The translations under genes and the position numbers were made by a program. DNA of 64,000 bases from an uncultured Acidimicrobiaceae bacterium (GTDB taxonomy: Bacteria; Actinomycetota; Acidimicrobiia; Acidimicrobiales; RAAP-2): NCBI GenBank assembly GCA_963818915.1, contig CAWFTV010000015.1:98321-162320 (forward strand), in the 5' to 3' direction. Positions within the stretch are counted from its first letter, which is position 1. Every line of letters begins with the position of its first letter. Positions 48,074-57,158 of this stretch are shown here, one piece after another. Under the pieces are notes generated by a model. That model saw only the letters and a program-made list of their open reading frames with translations, ran no database searches and was not told the origin of the DNA.

Positions 48074-48793
48074 GTGGGAGAACCGCGGCGGATCGTCCTC
48101 AAGATGTCGGGAGAAGCCTTGGCTTCTGCGGCGTCCGACGAGACCATCGACGCTGCCACCGTCGAGCGCATGGCCAAGGAGATGGCGCGGGCAATGGAGG
48201 GCGGCGTCCTCGAGCTCGCCGTGGTCGTCGGGGGCGGCAACATCTGGCGCGGCACGACGGGGGAGAGCGGCGGCATGGACCGCGCCACCTCCGACACCAT
48301 GGGCATGCTGGGCACGGTGATCAACGCCCTGGCCCTCCAGGACGCCCTCGAGCAGCAGAACCAGCCGACCCGGGTGCTGAGCGCGCTCAACATGGCCGAG
48401 GTGGCGGAGCCCTACATCCGCCGCCGGGCCATCCGGCACCTGGAGAAGGGCCGCATCGTGGTCTTCGCCGCCGGCATGGGCAACCCGTTCTTCACCACCG
48501 ACACCCCGGCCGCGTTGCGGGCGGCGGAGATCGGTGCCGAGCTCTTGTGCAAGGGGACCCACTCCGGCGTCGACGGCGTCTACTCGGCCGATCCCAAACT
48601 GGATCCCAATGCCACCCGGTACGACGAGATCTCCTTCATGGACGTGATCAACCGTGACCTGCGGGTCATGGATCTCACCGCCATCACTTTCTGCAAGGAC
48701 AACAACCTCCCCATTAGGGTGTTCGATCTGATGATCCCGGGCAACATTCCTCGTGCGCTCAGTGGCGAGAAGATCGGTACGCTGGTCCGCTAA
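48074..48793 (+). CDS. pyrH: UMP kinase
   Basis: RIVLKMSGEALAS...LAVVVGGGNIWRG...MDRATSDTMGMLGTVINALAL...VVFAAGMGNPFFTTDTPAALRA. The in-frame GTG at 48074 follows the tsf stop. Confidence 0.94.
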   Translation: MGEPRRIVLKMSGEALASAASDETIDAATVERMAKEMARAMEGGVLELAVVVGGGNIWRGTTGESGGMDRATSDTMGMLGTVINALALQDALEQQNQPTRVLSALNMAEVAEPYIRRRAIRHLEKGRIVVFAAGMGNPFFTTDTPAALRAAEIGAELLCKGTHSGVDGVYSADPKLDPNATRYDEISFMDVINRDLRVMDLTAITFCKDNNLPIRVFDLMIPGNIPRALSGEKIGTLVR

Positions 48794-49368
48794 TGGCCGA
48801 CGACGACGACCTGGCCGCCCTGGTGATCGAGGACACCCGGGACAAGATGCACAAGGCCATCGACCACCTCCGGTCCGAGATGAGCAACGTGCGCACGGGC
48901 CGGGCCTCGTCCGCTCTCCTCGAGCCCCTGATCGTCGACTACTACGGCACGCCGACCGTCCTGCGCCAGCTGGCCGGGTTCAGCGTGCCCGACGCCATGC
49001 TCCTGGTCATCACGCCTTACGACAAGAGCTCGCTCGGCGGTATCGAGAAGGCGATCATGGCCTCGGACCTGGGCATCAACCCGACCAACGACGGCAACGT
49101 CATCCGGCTGGCCTTCCCTCCTCTCACCGAGGAACGGCGCAAGGAGTTGGTCAAAGTGGTGCGGCACAAGGCCGAGGAGGCCAAGATCGCCGTCCGCAAC
49201 CTGCGTCGCTCCGGGCGCCACGAGCTCGATGCGCTGCAGAAAGACGGATCACTCTCGACCGACGAGCTGGAGAGGGTAGAAAAGGAACTGGAAAAGATCA
49301 CCCACGAGCAGGTGACCGCCATCGATCAGCTGCTGGGGCAAAAAGAGCGCGAGCTCCTGCAGGTTTGA
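48793..49368 (+). CDS. frr: ribosome recycling factor
   Basis: HLRSEMSNVRTGRASSALLEPLIVDYYGTPTVLRQLA...PPLTEERRKELVK...AKIAVRNLRR. There is a TAATG overlap with pyrH. Confidence 0.95.
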   Translation: MADDDDLAALVIEDTRDKMHKAIDHLRSEMSNVRTGRASSALLEPLIVDYYGTPTVLRQLAGFSVPDAMLLVITPYDKSSLGGIEKAIMASDLGINPTNDGNVIRLAFPPLTEERRKELVKVVRHKAEEAKIAVRNLRRSGRHELDALQKDGSLSTDELERVEKELEKITHEQVTAIDQLLGQKERELLQV

Positions 49369-49380
49369 GGGGGCGAAGAC

Positions 49381-49950
49381 ATGGCCGACGACAGTGACAG
49401 ATCCGGGGAAGAGGGCGATGTGACCAGTGAGGTGCCCGCCGGATTCGAGGCCGACCCCCCCAGTTACCGCTCGGGACGGGTCCGCATAATCGGGGCCGAG
49501 CCAGCCGGTAACGCCGTCCACGAGGTGACGGGGCCCGTGGTCGAGGAGAACCCGGACATGCCGCACTGGAACGACGCGCCGACGGGCCAGGTCCCCGCCA
49601 TCCTCGACCGGGGCAACGGGGACGAGCAGGCGCTCGCCCCGCCGAGCTGGCGTGAGGAGGACTCGGACTGGGCCGCCCATGAGGAGCTCTTCGAGCCGTC
49701 CATGCTTTCGGACGAGGCGCCAGCCGTCGGTTCGATGATGAACAACAACAACGACATCGTCGACATGGAACGGCAGCCGTGGCTCTTCGACACGGACGAT
49801 CTGTCCGATGACGACACCTTGGTTATCGAGCCCGACCGCCCACCTGAGACCCCTTCGCCCCGGGTCGCTCCCGCGGCCCCCTACGCGGCGACGATTCCTC
49901 CCTCCACGACACCGGTCGGTCCCGCACCGGTCGGCCGCTCCGCGGGCCCG
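49381..49950 (+). CDS. acidic ORF, probably the N-terminal extension of CdsA separated from it by a frame change (alternative: independent hypothetical protein)
   Basis: MADDSDRSGEEGDV...ENPDMPHWNDAPTGQVPAILDRG... This frame has no stop until 50520 and degenerates into Arg/Leu/Pro nonsense after about 49950. Meanwhile the cdsA frame becomes a plausible Ala/Gly/Pro linker. The GPAPVG / GPAPIG / GPAPVG motif continues across the frame switch. Confidence 0.45.
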
Positions 49951-50138
49951 CACCGATCGGAGCGGCTGCTGCCGCTGGTGCGGCTGCGGCTGCGGCTGCG
50001 GGCGCGGGCGGGTCCGCGTCTGCGTCAGCCGGCCCTGCACCGGTCGGATCGGCTGCCGCCGCCGGGCCCGGCTCTGCCGGCTCTGCCGGCGCGGCCGGCG
50101 CGGTCGGCGCGGCCGGCGCGGTCGGATCGGTACCGACC

Positions 50139-51137
50139 ATGGCCGTCCCGATCGTCCCCATTCCCTCGCCGTCGGTCGATGCCGAGGCCCGCGTCGCCGA
50201 GGCCCGCGTCGCCGAGACCCGCCTGGAGCCCCCGGTGCCGCCACAGCCCCGCGTGCGGGCACCGCGAACGACCCGCCTCAACGAGGAGAGCCCCAACGCC
50301 AACGTGGGCGGGACGGAGGGGCGCAACATGCGGCTGGCCTGGGGGTCGGGCATCTTCCTGGGCGTGGTGGCGCTGCTCTGCGCCCACTTCGGCAGCGTGT
50401 TCTCCCTGGTCCTCATCACCGTGGTGGTGCTCTTCGCTGCGGCAGAGGCGTTCGCCGCCTTCCGCGCCGCCAAATACCACCCGGCCACGCTGCTCGGACT
50501 GGTGGCGATCCTTTCGCTGATGATCGAGACCTACAACAAGGGCGTCGCCGCGCTGCCGCTCGTCCTCGTCATGCTGGTGGCGGCCTCGTTCGTCTGGTAT
50601 CTGGCCGGTGTGGAACCGGCGGCCGACCCGGTCGCCGGGCTCTCTTCGACCGTCTTCGTCATGGCCTGGGTCGGCGGCTTCGGCTCTTTCGGCGCGCTCC
50701 TGCTCGATCCGACGCTGTTCCCCCACCGCCACGGCGTGGCCTTCCTCCTGGCTGCGGTCATCGTCACGGTGGCCGCCGACGTCGCCTCGCTCCTGGTGGG
50801 CTCGGCCTTCGGCCGCCACCCTCTGGCGCCGTCGATCAGTCCCAACAAGACTTGGGAGGGATTTCTGGGTGGCGCCGTCGCCGCGGTGCTGGTGTCGGTG
50901 ATCGTGGTGCACTTCATCCACCCCTGGACCATCAAGTCGGCCCTGGTACTCGGCATAGTGGTGGCCATAGCGGCGCCCCTCGGGGACCTGAGCCAGTCGA
51001 TGATCAAACGCCATCTCGGGGTCAAGGACATGGGGCGGCTGATGCCGGGCCATGGCGGCATCCTGGACCGGGTGGACGGGCTTCTCTTCGTCCTGCCCGC
51101 CACGTACTTCGTGGTCAAAGCGTTCCACCTCGGGTGA
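50139..51137 (+). CDS. cdsA: phosphatidate cytidylyltransferase (CDP-diglyceride synthase); true start uncertain
   Basis: It is polytopic, with the C-terminal signature SPNKTWEGFLGG...GDLSQSMIKRHLGVKDMGRLMPGHGGILDRVDGLLF. It has the conserved position after frr. Confidence 0.88.
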   Translation: MAVPIVPIPSPSVDAEARVAEARVAETRLEPPVPPQPRVRAPRTTRLNEESPNANVGGTEGRNMRLAWGSGIFLGVVALLCAHFGSVFSLVLITVVVLFAAAEAFAAFRAAKYHPATLLGLVAILSLMIETYNKGVAALPLVLVMLVAASFVWYLAGVEPAADPVAGLSSTVFVMAWVGGFGSFGALLLDPTLFPHRHGVAFLLAAVIVTVAADVASLLVGSAFGRHPLAPSISPNKTWEGFLGGAVAAVLVSVIVVHFIHPWTIKSALVLGIVVAIAAPLGDLSQSMIKRHLGVKDMGRLMPGHGGILDRVDGLLFVLPATYFVVKAFHLG

Positions 51138-51141
51138 GTTG

Positions 51142-52329
51142 ATGCGCTCCGTCAGCCTCCTGGGATCCACGGGTTCGATAGGCACGCAGGCGGTGGACGT
51201 CCTGCTCGGCCAGCCCGAGCGCTTCCGCGTGGTCGCGTTGGCGGCGCAGAGCTCGACCGAGGTCCTGCTGGCCCAGGCGGCCCAGCTGCGGCCCGAGATG
51301 GTCGTGATCGGCGAGGAGTCCCTCTACCGGACCGTGCGCGAGGGCGTGCCGGCCGGCACCGATGTGCTGGTGGGCATCCCCGGCCTGGTCGCCGCCGCCG
51401 GCGCCGCCGATGTGGTGCTGAACGCCGTCGTCGGGTTCGCCGGCCTCCCCGTCACCATGGCCGCGCTGGAGGCGGGCAAGCGTCTCGCCCTGGCCAACAA
51501 GGAGTCGCTCATCGCCGGCGCGCCGGTGGTGCAGAAGGCCCGGCGCACCCCGGGAGCCGAGATCGTGCCGGTGGACTCCGAGCACTGCGCCATCCACCAG
51601 TGTCTGGCCACCGTCGACGGGCCGACGACCGTGGCCCGTCTCCTCCTCACCGCCTCGGGTGGGCCATTCCGGGGCTGGACTGCCGCGCAGCTCGACTCGG
51701 TGACGGTGGACGATGCCCTGGCCCATCCCACTTGGCGCATGGGTCCCAAGATCACCATCGACTCGTCCACCTTGATGAACAAGGGTCTCGAGGTGATCGA
51801 GGCGCACGAGTTGTTCGGGATCTCCTATGACCGCATCGCGATCGTGGTGCACCCGCAGTCGATCGTGCACTCCATGGTGGAGCTGCGCGACGGCTCCACC
51901 ATCGCGCAGCTCTCGGCCCCCGACATGCGACTGCCCATCGGCTATGCCCTGGGCTGGCCCGACCGTTCGCCGGTGCCCTTCGGCGCGCTGGACTGGACCA
52001 CCCCGGCCACGTTGACCTTCGAGCCCCCGGACCGGGAGGTCTTCCGCTGCGTCGACCTGGCCTACCGCGCCGGGATCAGCGGGGGATCGGCTCCGGCGTG
52101 GCTGAGCGCGGCGAACGAGGTCGCGGTGGACGCGTTCCTGACCGGAGCCCTGCCCTGGAGCGGCATCGCCGATGTGGTGGCCGAGACCCTGGACGCCTGG
52201 CGGGACGAGCCAGTCGACCAGGTGGAATCTGTCCTGGCGGCCGACGAGGAGGCCCGGGCGCGGGCCCGGACCGTGGTGGCCCGCCGTACCGGTGAAGGGG
52301 GCTCCGCGGTAGCGTTATCGGTGGTATGA
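51142..52329 (+). CDS. dxr: 1-deoxy-D-xylulose-5-phosphate reductoisomerase
   Basis: MRSVSLLGSTGSIGTQAVDV...LANKESLI...VDSEHCAIHQCL...NKGLEVIEAHELF. The in-frame ATG at 51142 follows the cdsA stop. Confidence 0.95.
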   Translation: MRSVSLLGSTGSIGTQAVDVLLGQPERFRVVALAAQSSTEVLLAQAAQLRPEMVVIGEESLYRTVREGVPAGTDVLVGIPGLVAAAGAADVVLNAVVGFAGLPVTMAALEAGKRLALANKESLIAGAPVVQKARRTPGAEIVPVDSEHCAIHQCLATVDGPTTVARLLLTASGGPFRGWTAAQLDSVTVDDALAHPTWRMGPKITIDSSTLMNKGLEVIEAHELFGISYDRIAIVVHPQSIVHSMVELRDGSTIAQLSAPDMRLPIGYALGWPDRSPVPFGALDWTTPATLTFEPPDREVFRCVDLAYRAGISGGSAPAWLSAANEVAVDAFLTGALPWSGIADVVAETLDAWRDEPVDQVESVLAADEEARARARTVVARRTGEGGSAVALSVV

Positions 52330-53672
52330 CGCTGATCGCGAAGGAGTCGAACGCGGCGCCTGCCGTCGCGGCGGATGATCCGCAGGACCCGGGGGCACCC
52401 CCGCCGCCGCCGCCGACGTCGGCCCCGCAGTCCAATTCCGGCCAGGTCGTCCGCCTGCTGATCGGGCTGGCCGTGATCACGGCCATCTTCCTGGCCGCCG
52501 GCCTGGGCGACCTCCTGCTCTTCATCGTCATCCTGGTTGCCATCGTGATGCTGCACGAGCTGGGCCACTTCCTCACGGCGCGGTGGTCCGGCATGAAGGT
52601 CACCGAGTTCTTCGTCGGCTTCGGGCCGCGGCTGTGGTCGGTGCGGCGAGGTGGGATCGAATACGGGGTCAAAGGCATCCCGGCCGGGGGCTATGTCCGC
52701 ATCACCGGTTTCACCGTCTTGGAGGACGTGGCCGCCGAGGATGAGCCCCATGCGTACCGCCAGCAGCCTTTCTGGAAACGGATCATCGTAGGTTCGGCCG
52801 GTTCGGCCATGCACTTCATCATCGCGTTCGTCCTGGCCCTGATCGTCGTGTTCTCGTTCGGGGTCCCCTCGAACAATGTCGCCGTCACCGCGCTGGACCA
52901 TTGGAACGGAGTGGCCCACACGCCGGCGCAACTGGCCGGCCTCAAAGCCGGCGACACCATCGTGTCGGTCGACGGCAAGCCACTCACCTCGTTCGACTCG
53001 TTCGGTGACATCATCGGGCGCTCGTCCGGCAAGACGGTCACGCTGGGCGTGGAGCAGGACGGGGTCGTCCGTCAGGTGCCGGTGACGCCCGAGAGCGGGC
53101 GGGGCATCGAGGTCGACGGCCAGAAGCTGACCGCCAAGGGCTATATCGGGGTGCAGATCGCGCAGGCGTCGAAGTCCGCCAGCCCGTGGAGCGCCGTGAG
53201 GGCCGCCGGGGTCAACCTGGGCCAGGCGACCAGCGCCGAGGTGTCGGGCGTGATCAAGACGTTCTCTCCCAGTGGGTTCGACTCGGTCGTCCACCAGGTG
53301 GCGAGCTCGAAAGACGCCGCCCAGGCGGCCGACCACCCCACGACCTCGGTACGGCCGGTCTCCTTGGTGGGGATCGCCAACCTCGGCGTGCAGGCCCAGC
53401 AAGCCGGCCTCGAATCGCTGCTCGAGCTCCTCATTTTGATCAACGTGATCTTCGGATTGCTCAACATGTTGCCGATCCTGCCCTTCGACGGGGGACATGT
53501 GGCCGTGGCGGTGTACGAATGGATCCGGACGAAGAAGGGTCAGCCCTACTATCGGGCTGACATCACCAAGATGTTCCCGGTGGTGGCCGTCTTTCTCGCC
53601 TTCCTGGCCGTGTTCGTCGTATCCGCCCTCTTCTTGGACTTCACCCATCCCCTCAAAAACGTCTTCCCCTGA
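52326..53672 (+). CDS. site-2 (M50/RseP-like) zinc metalloprotease with PDZ domain
   Basis: The HExxH motif is MLHELGHFLTARWSGMKVTEFFVGFGP. The PDZ segment is PAQLAGLKAGDTIVSVDGKPL, and the C-terminus has NMLPILPFDGGHV. There is an ATGA overlap with dxr. Confidence 0.92.
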   Translation: MTLIAKESNAAPAVAADDPQDPGAPPPPPPTSAPQSNSGQVVRLLIGLAVITAIFLAAGLGDLLLFIVILVAIVMLHELGHFLTARWSGMKVTEFFVGFGPRLWSVRRGGIEYGVKGIPAGGYVRITGFTVLEDVAAEDEPHAYRQQPFWKRIIVGSAGSAMHFIIAFVLALIVVFSFGVPSNNVAVTALDHWNGVAHTPAQLAGLKAGDTIVSVDGKPLTSFDSFGDIIGRSSGKTVTLGVEQDGVVRQVPVTPESGRGIEVDGQKLTAKGYIGVQIAQASKSASPWSAVRAAGVNLGQATSAEVSGVIKTFSPSGFDSVVHQVASSKDAAQAADHPTTSVRPVSLVGIANLGVQAQQAGLESLLELLILINVIFGLLNMLPILPFDGGHVAVAVYEWIRTKKGQPYYRADITKMFPVVAVFLAFLAVFVVSALFLDFTHPLKNVFP

Positions 53673-53680
53673 TCGGAGCC

Positions 53681-54916
53681 ATGGAACTCTCCCCGTCCCT
53701 GCTGTCGCCCCGCCGCTCCACCAGGCGCATCACGCTGGGGGGCGTCCCGATCGGCGACGGCGCACCCGTCACCGTGCAGTCCATGACCACGACGAAGACG
53801 GCGGACGTCGACGGCACCCTGGCCCAGATTTACGCGCTGGCCGCCGCCGGCGCGGACATCGTGCGTTGCACCTGTAACGAGGAGGCGGCGGCGGTGGGCC
53901 TGGCCCAGATCGTCCCTCGCTCGCCGGTCCCCATCGTGGCCGACATCCACTTCCACCACGAGATGGCCCTGGCCGCCCTCGAGGCCGGTGTCCAGGGGCT
54001 CCGGCTCAATCCGGGCAACCTGCGCAAGGAGGCCGAGATCAAGCAGGTGGCCGCCGAGGCGCGTGACCGAGGGGTGCCGATCCGCATCGGCGTGAACGCG
54101 GGCTCGCTCGACAAGGATCTGTACGCCAAGTACGGCGGTGCCACCCCCGAAGCGCTGGTGGAGTCGGCGCGTCACGAACTCGAATACTTCGAGGACGTCG
54201 ACTTCACCGACGTGAAAATCTCGGTCAAGGCCTCATCGGTCTCGTTGATGATCGCGGCCTATCGACTGGCCTCGGAGACGTTCGACCACCCGCTGCACCT
54301 CGGGGTCACCGAGGCCGGCCCGCCTCCAGCCGGTCTGGTGAAGGGGACGGCGGGCATCGCCACCCTTCTGGCCGAGGGCATCGGCGACACCATCCGCTTC
54401 TCGCTCACGGCCGATCCGGTCGAAGAGGCGCGGGCCGGCCGCCAGCTGCTGGAGTCCCTCGGCCTACGTGAGCGAAAGGGCGTCGACCTCATCGCCTGCC
54501 CTTCGTGCGGCCGGGCCCAGGTCGACGTGATCGCCGTGGCAAAAGAAGCGCAGGAGGCACTCGAGAAGCTGAACCTGCCGATCCAGGTGGCGGTCATGGG
54601 CTGCGTGGTCAACGGTCCGGGTGAAGCCAGGGACGCCGACATCGGGATCGCGGCCGGGAAGAAGAAGGGCCACCTGTTCATCCGCGGCCAGATCGTCAGG
54701 GTCGTCCCCGAGGACGGCATGGTCCAGGCTCTGGTCGAAGAGGCCGAACGCCTGGTGGCCGAAGGGGCCGAGGCCCGGATCGCCGCCGCGGACGCCGGAG
54801 CCGAAGCCGAGGCGGAGGCCGACCGGAGAGCCCTCCTGGATCTGACGGGGGAGGACCCCAACCACACCTCGGCCAAGATCGAGACCATCACCCGACGGGT
54901 GCACGAGTCCGACTGA
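53681..54916 (+). CDS. ispG: 4-hydroxy-3-methylbut-2-en-1-yl diphosphate synthase (flavodoxin)
   Basis: ITLGGVPIGDGAPVTVQSMTTTKT...IVADIHF...LRLNPGN...RIGVNAGSL...CPSCGR...MGCVVNGPGEA. Confidence 0.96.
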   Translation: MELSPSLLSPRRSTRRITLGGVPIGDGAPVTVQSMTTTKTADVDGTLAQIYALAAAGADIVRCTCNEEAAAVGLAQIVPRSPVPIVADIHFHHEMALAALEAGVQGLRLNPGNLRKEAEIKQVAAEARDRGVPIRIGVNAGSLDKDLYAKYGGATPEALVESARHELEYFEDVDFTDVKISVKASSVSLMIAAYRLASETFDHPLHLGVTEAGPPPAGLVKGTAGIATLLAEGIGDTIRFSLTADPVEEARAGRQLLESLGLRERKGVDLIACPSCGRAQVDVIAVAKEAQEALEKLNLPIQVAVMGCVVNGPGEARDADIGIAAGKKKGHLFIRGQIVRVVPEDGMVQALVEEAERLVAEGAEARIAAADAGAEAEAEADRRALLDLTGEDPNHTSAKIETITRRVHESD

Positions 54917-55022
54917 GTCGTCGCGTCGCGTCGTGTCGCGTCGCGTACGACGGCGACGTCGCCCCCGCTGGGGCGAGTGGCTCGTCCAAGGGCCGCCCGG
55001 GACACCAGTACGCTGCCCAGCC

Positions 55023-56444
55023 ATGACCAAGGGCGCAATCGTGTCCCGGGACGAGGACTTCCCACGGTGGTACCAAGAAGTCGTCGCCCGGGCGGAAATG
55101 GCCGACAACGGGCCCGTGCGCGGCACGATGGTCATCCGGCCCTGGGGCTACGGGATCTGGGAGCTGCTCCAGGCGGAGCTGGACCGGCGCATCAAGGAGG
55201 CCGGGGCCGAGAACGCCTACTTCCCGTTGTTCATCCCCGAGTCGTTCCTGAGCCTCGAAGCGGAGCACGTCGAAGGGTTCAGTCCCGAGCTCGCCGTCGT
55301 CACCTACGGGGGCGGCAAGAAGCTCGAGGAGCCGATTGTGGTGCGCCCGACGAGTGAGACGGTGATCAACAGCTTCTTCGCCAAATGGATCCAGAGCCAT
55401 CGGGACCTGCCGCTCCTCATCAACCAGTGGGCCAATGTCGTGCGTTGGGAGCTGCGGCCACGCCTGTTCCTGCGGACGACGGAGTTCCTCTGGCAAGAGG
55501 GCCACACCGCGCACGCCAGTGAGGCCGAGGCGCGGGCGTACGCCCTGTTGATCCTGCGCGACGTGTACCTGGCCACGATGGTCGACGTGGCCGCTCTGCC
55601 CGTGCTCACCGGGCACAAGACGGCGCGCGAGCGGTTCGCCGGCGCCACGCGCACGTGGACGTGCGAGGGGATGATGGGGGACGGCAAGGCGCTGCAGATG
55701 GGGACGAGCCACGAGCTCGGCCAGAATTTCTCACGTGCCTTCGGGATCACGTACACCAACAACGAGGGCGTGCTCGACCACGTCTGGCAGACGTCCTGGG
55801 GCGCCTCGACCCGGCTCATCGGGGCCCTGGTGATGGGGCACGGCGACGACTTCGGGCTTCGTCTGCCACCGGCACTGGCCCCGGCCCAGGTGGTCGTGCT
55901 CATGATCAAAGAGGACCAGGCCGTGCGGGCGGCGGCGGAGGGGCTCGTGGCGGAGTTGCGGGCCGCCGGCCATCGGGTGCGCCTCGATGACCGCACCGAG
56001 ACCAGCTTCGGTCGCCGCAGCGTGGACTGGGAGCTCAAGGGGGTCCCGGTGCGGGTGGAGGTCGGGCCCCGGGACCTGGCCGAGGGCCGCGTCACCGTGG
56101 TCACCCGCCACCGACGTCACAAGGAGAACCTGGACCTGCGGGCCGTCGGCGCCGAGGTCGCGGCCATCCTGTCCCGTGTCGGGCCCGAGCTTTTGGACGA
56201 GGCCACCCAGGCCCGCCGGGACCGCACGGTGGACGTCGACACCCTTGAAGAGGCGGTCGAGGCGGGGGCCACTGGCTTTGCCCGGATCCGGTCGGGGGCG
56301 TTGGGCCACGACGGCGAGGACCGCCTGGCCGCCCACGCGCTGTCGATCCGCTGTCTCCAGCGGCCCGACGGGGGTCTGGCCGAGGCCGACGACGGGGACG
56401 AAGGCGGGGAGGACCTGATCGCGGTGGTGGGCCGGTCCTACTGA
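55023..56444 (+). CDS. proS: proline--tRNA ligase (short archaeal/eukaryote-like type lacking the INS editing domain)
   Basis: FPRWYQEVVARAEMADNGPVRGTMVIRPWGYGIWE...FPLFIP...VVRPTSET...NQWANVVRWE.RPRLFLRTTEFLWQEGHTAH. The terminal residue is Tyr. Confidence 0.92.
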   Translation: MTKGAIVSRDEDFPRWYQEVVARAEMADNGPVRGTMVIRPWGYGIWELLQAELDRRIKEAGAENAYFPLFIPESFLSLEAEHVEGFSPELAVVTYGGGKKLEEPIVVRPTSETVINSFFAKWIQSHRDLPLLINQWANVVRWELRPRLFLRTTEFLWQEGHTAHASEAEARAYALLILRDVYLATMVDVAALPVLTGHKTARERFAGATRTWTCEGMMGDGKALQMGTSHELGQNFSRAFGITYTNNEGVLDHVWQTSWGASTRLIGALVMGHGDDFGLRLPPALAPAQVVVLMIKEDQAVRAAAEGLVAELRAAGHRVRLDDRTETSFGRRSVDWELKGVPVRVEVGPRDLAEGRVTVVTRHRRHKENLDLRAVGAEVAAILSRVGPELLDEATQARRDRTVDVDTLEEAVEAGATGFARIRSGALGHDGEDRLAAHALSIRCLQRPDGGLAEADDGDEGGEDLIAVVGRSY

Positions 56445-56447
56445 TCC

Positions 56448-56479
56448 GGACCTCCTGATCCGGCCGGATCAGGAGGTCC
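56448..56479 (+). terminator. perfect 32-nt palindrome directly after proS (candidate intrinsic terminator or protein-binding site)
   Basis: ggacctcctgatccgg/ccggatcaggaggtcc has 16-nt arms and no mismatches. It lies 3 nt after the proS stop. No U-tract follows, so terminator function is not assured. Confidence 0.5.
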
Positions 56480-56527
56480 TCCGCCGGACCGGCGCCAGCG
56501 AGCGGACCGTCGGCACGGCCGAATTGC

Positions 56528-56533
56528 TATAAT
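56528..56533 (+). promoter_or_regulatory. candidate extended -10 promoter element (tgcTATAAT) of the rimP-nusA-infB operon leader
   Basis: A consensus TATAAT preceded by TGC sits in a locally AT-rich stretch of an otherwise very GC-rich sequence. There is no good -35 element. Confidence 0.4.
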
Positions 56534-56570
56534 CCATGAGCTGTCCAGTTTGAGTATCAGTACCTCGGTG

Positions 56571-56594
56571 AAGCGTGGGCTGCGGCCCACGCTT
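56571..56594 (+). terminator. leader hairpin (10-bp stem, tgcg loop) followed by an interrupted T-tract; candidate attenuator upstream of rimP-nusA
   Basis: aagcgtgggc tgcg gcccacgctt is followed by tcgctttcc. It lies about 40 nt downstream of the TATAAT box and about 75 nt upstream of the rimP ATG. Confidence 0.45.
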
Positions 56595-56671
56595 TCGCTT
56601 TCCGGGAGTTCTTCGTGCTCGTACGCTAGGGAGCAGAAGGTGATGGAGACCGTCGAGAGGAGAGAGGAGGC

Positions 56672-57151
56672 ATGGTGAAGAGCACGAACGATCTTGCGGA
56701 CGCGCTGTCGCCCCTCCTCGAATCCCGGGGGCTGGACCTGATCGACGTCGAGCTCCACGGCTCCGAGCTCACCGTCTATGTCGACCGCCGGGGCGGGGTG
56801 GACCTCGACACGCTCGGTGATGCCACCCGCGCCGTCTCGGCCGCGCTCGACGAGATCGATCCGCTGCCGGGGCGTTACACCCTGGCGGTCTCCAGTCCGG
56901 GGCTCGAGCGGCGCCTGCGGACACCGGCCCACTTCATGCGGGCCGTCGGCGAGGCGGTGACCGTGCGGGTGCACGCCGGGACGTCTGAGGTGCGACGGGT
57001 CAGGGGCACGCTGGAGGAGGCGGACGAGAGCGGGTTCACTCTGGTCGGACCCGACCTCCCCGATGGCTCGCTCCGGATCACCTACGACGAGATCGAACGC
57101 GCCCGCACCATTTTTGAGTGGGGTCCCCAGCCGAAGCGAGTAAGAGGGTGA
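56672..57151 (+). CDS. rimP: ribosome maturation factor RimP
   Basis: LLESRGLDLIDVEL...LTVYVDRRGGVDLDTLGDATRAVSAALDEIDPLPGRYTLAVSSPGLERRLRTPAHF. GAGGAGG precedes the ATG. Confidence 0.93.
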   Translation: MVKSTNDLADALSPLLESRGLDLIDVELHGSELTVYVDRRGGVDLDTLGDATRAVSAALDEIDPLPGRYTLAVSSPGLERRLRTPAHFMRAVGEAVTVRVHAGTSEVRRVRGTLEEADESGFTLVGPDLPDGSLRITYDEIERARTIFEWGPQPKRVRG

Positions 57152-57158
57152 GCAGGTC

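Noticed and set aside
49808-51142. 444-aa plus-strand ORF in the third frame over cdsA
   Set aside because: It is a Cys/Arg/Gly-rich translation (CCRWCGCGCGCGRGRVRV...). The overlapping frame carries the CdsA signature.
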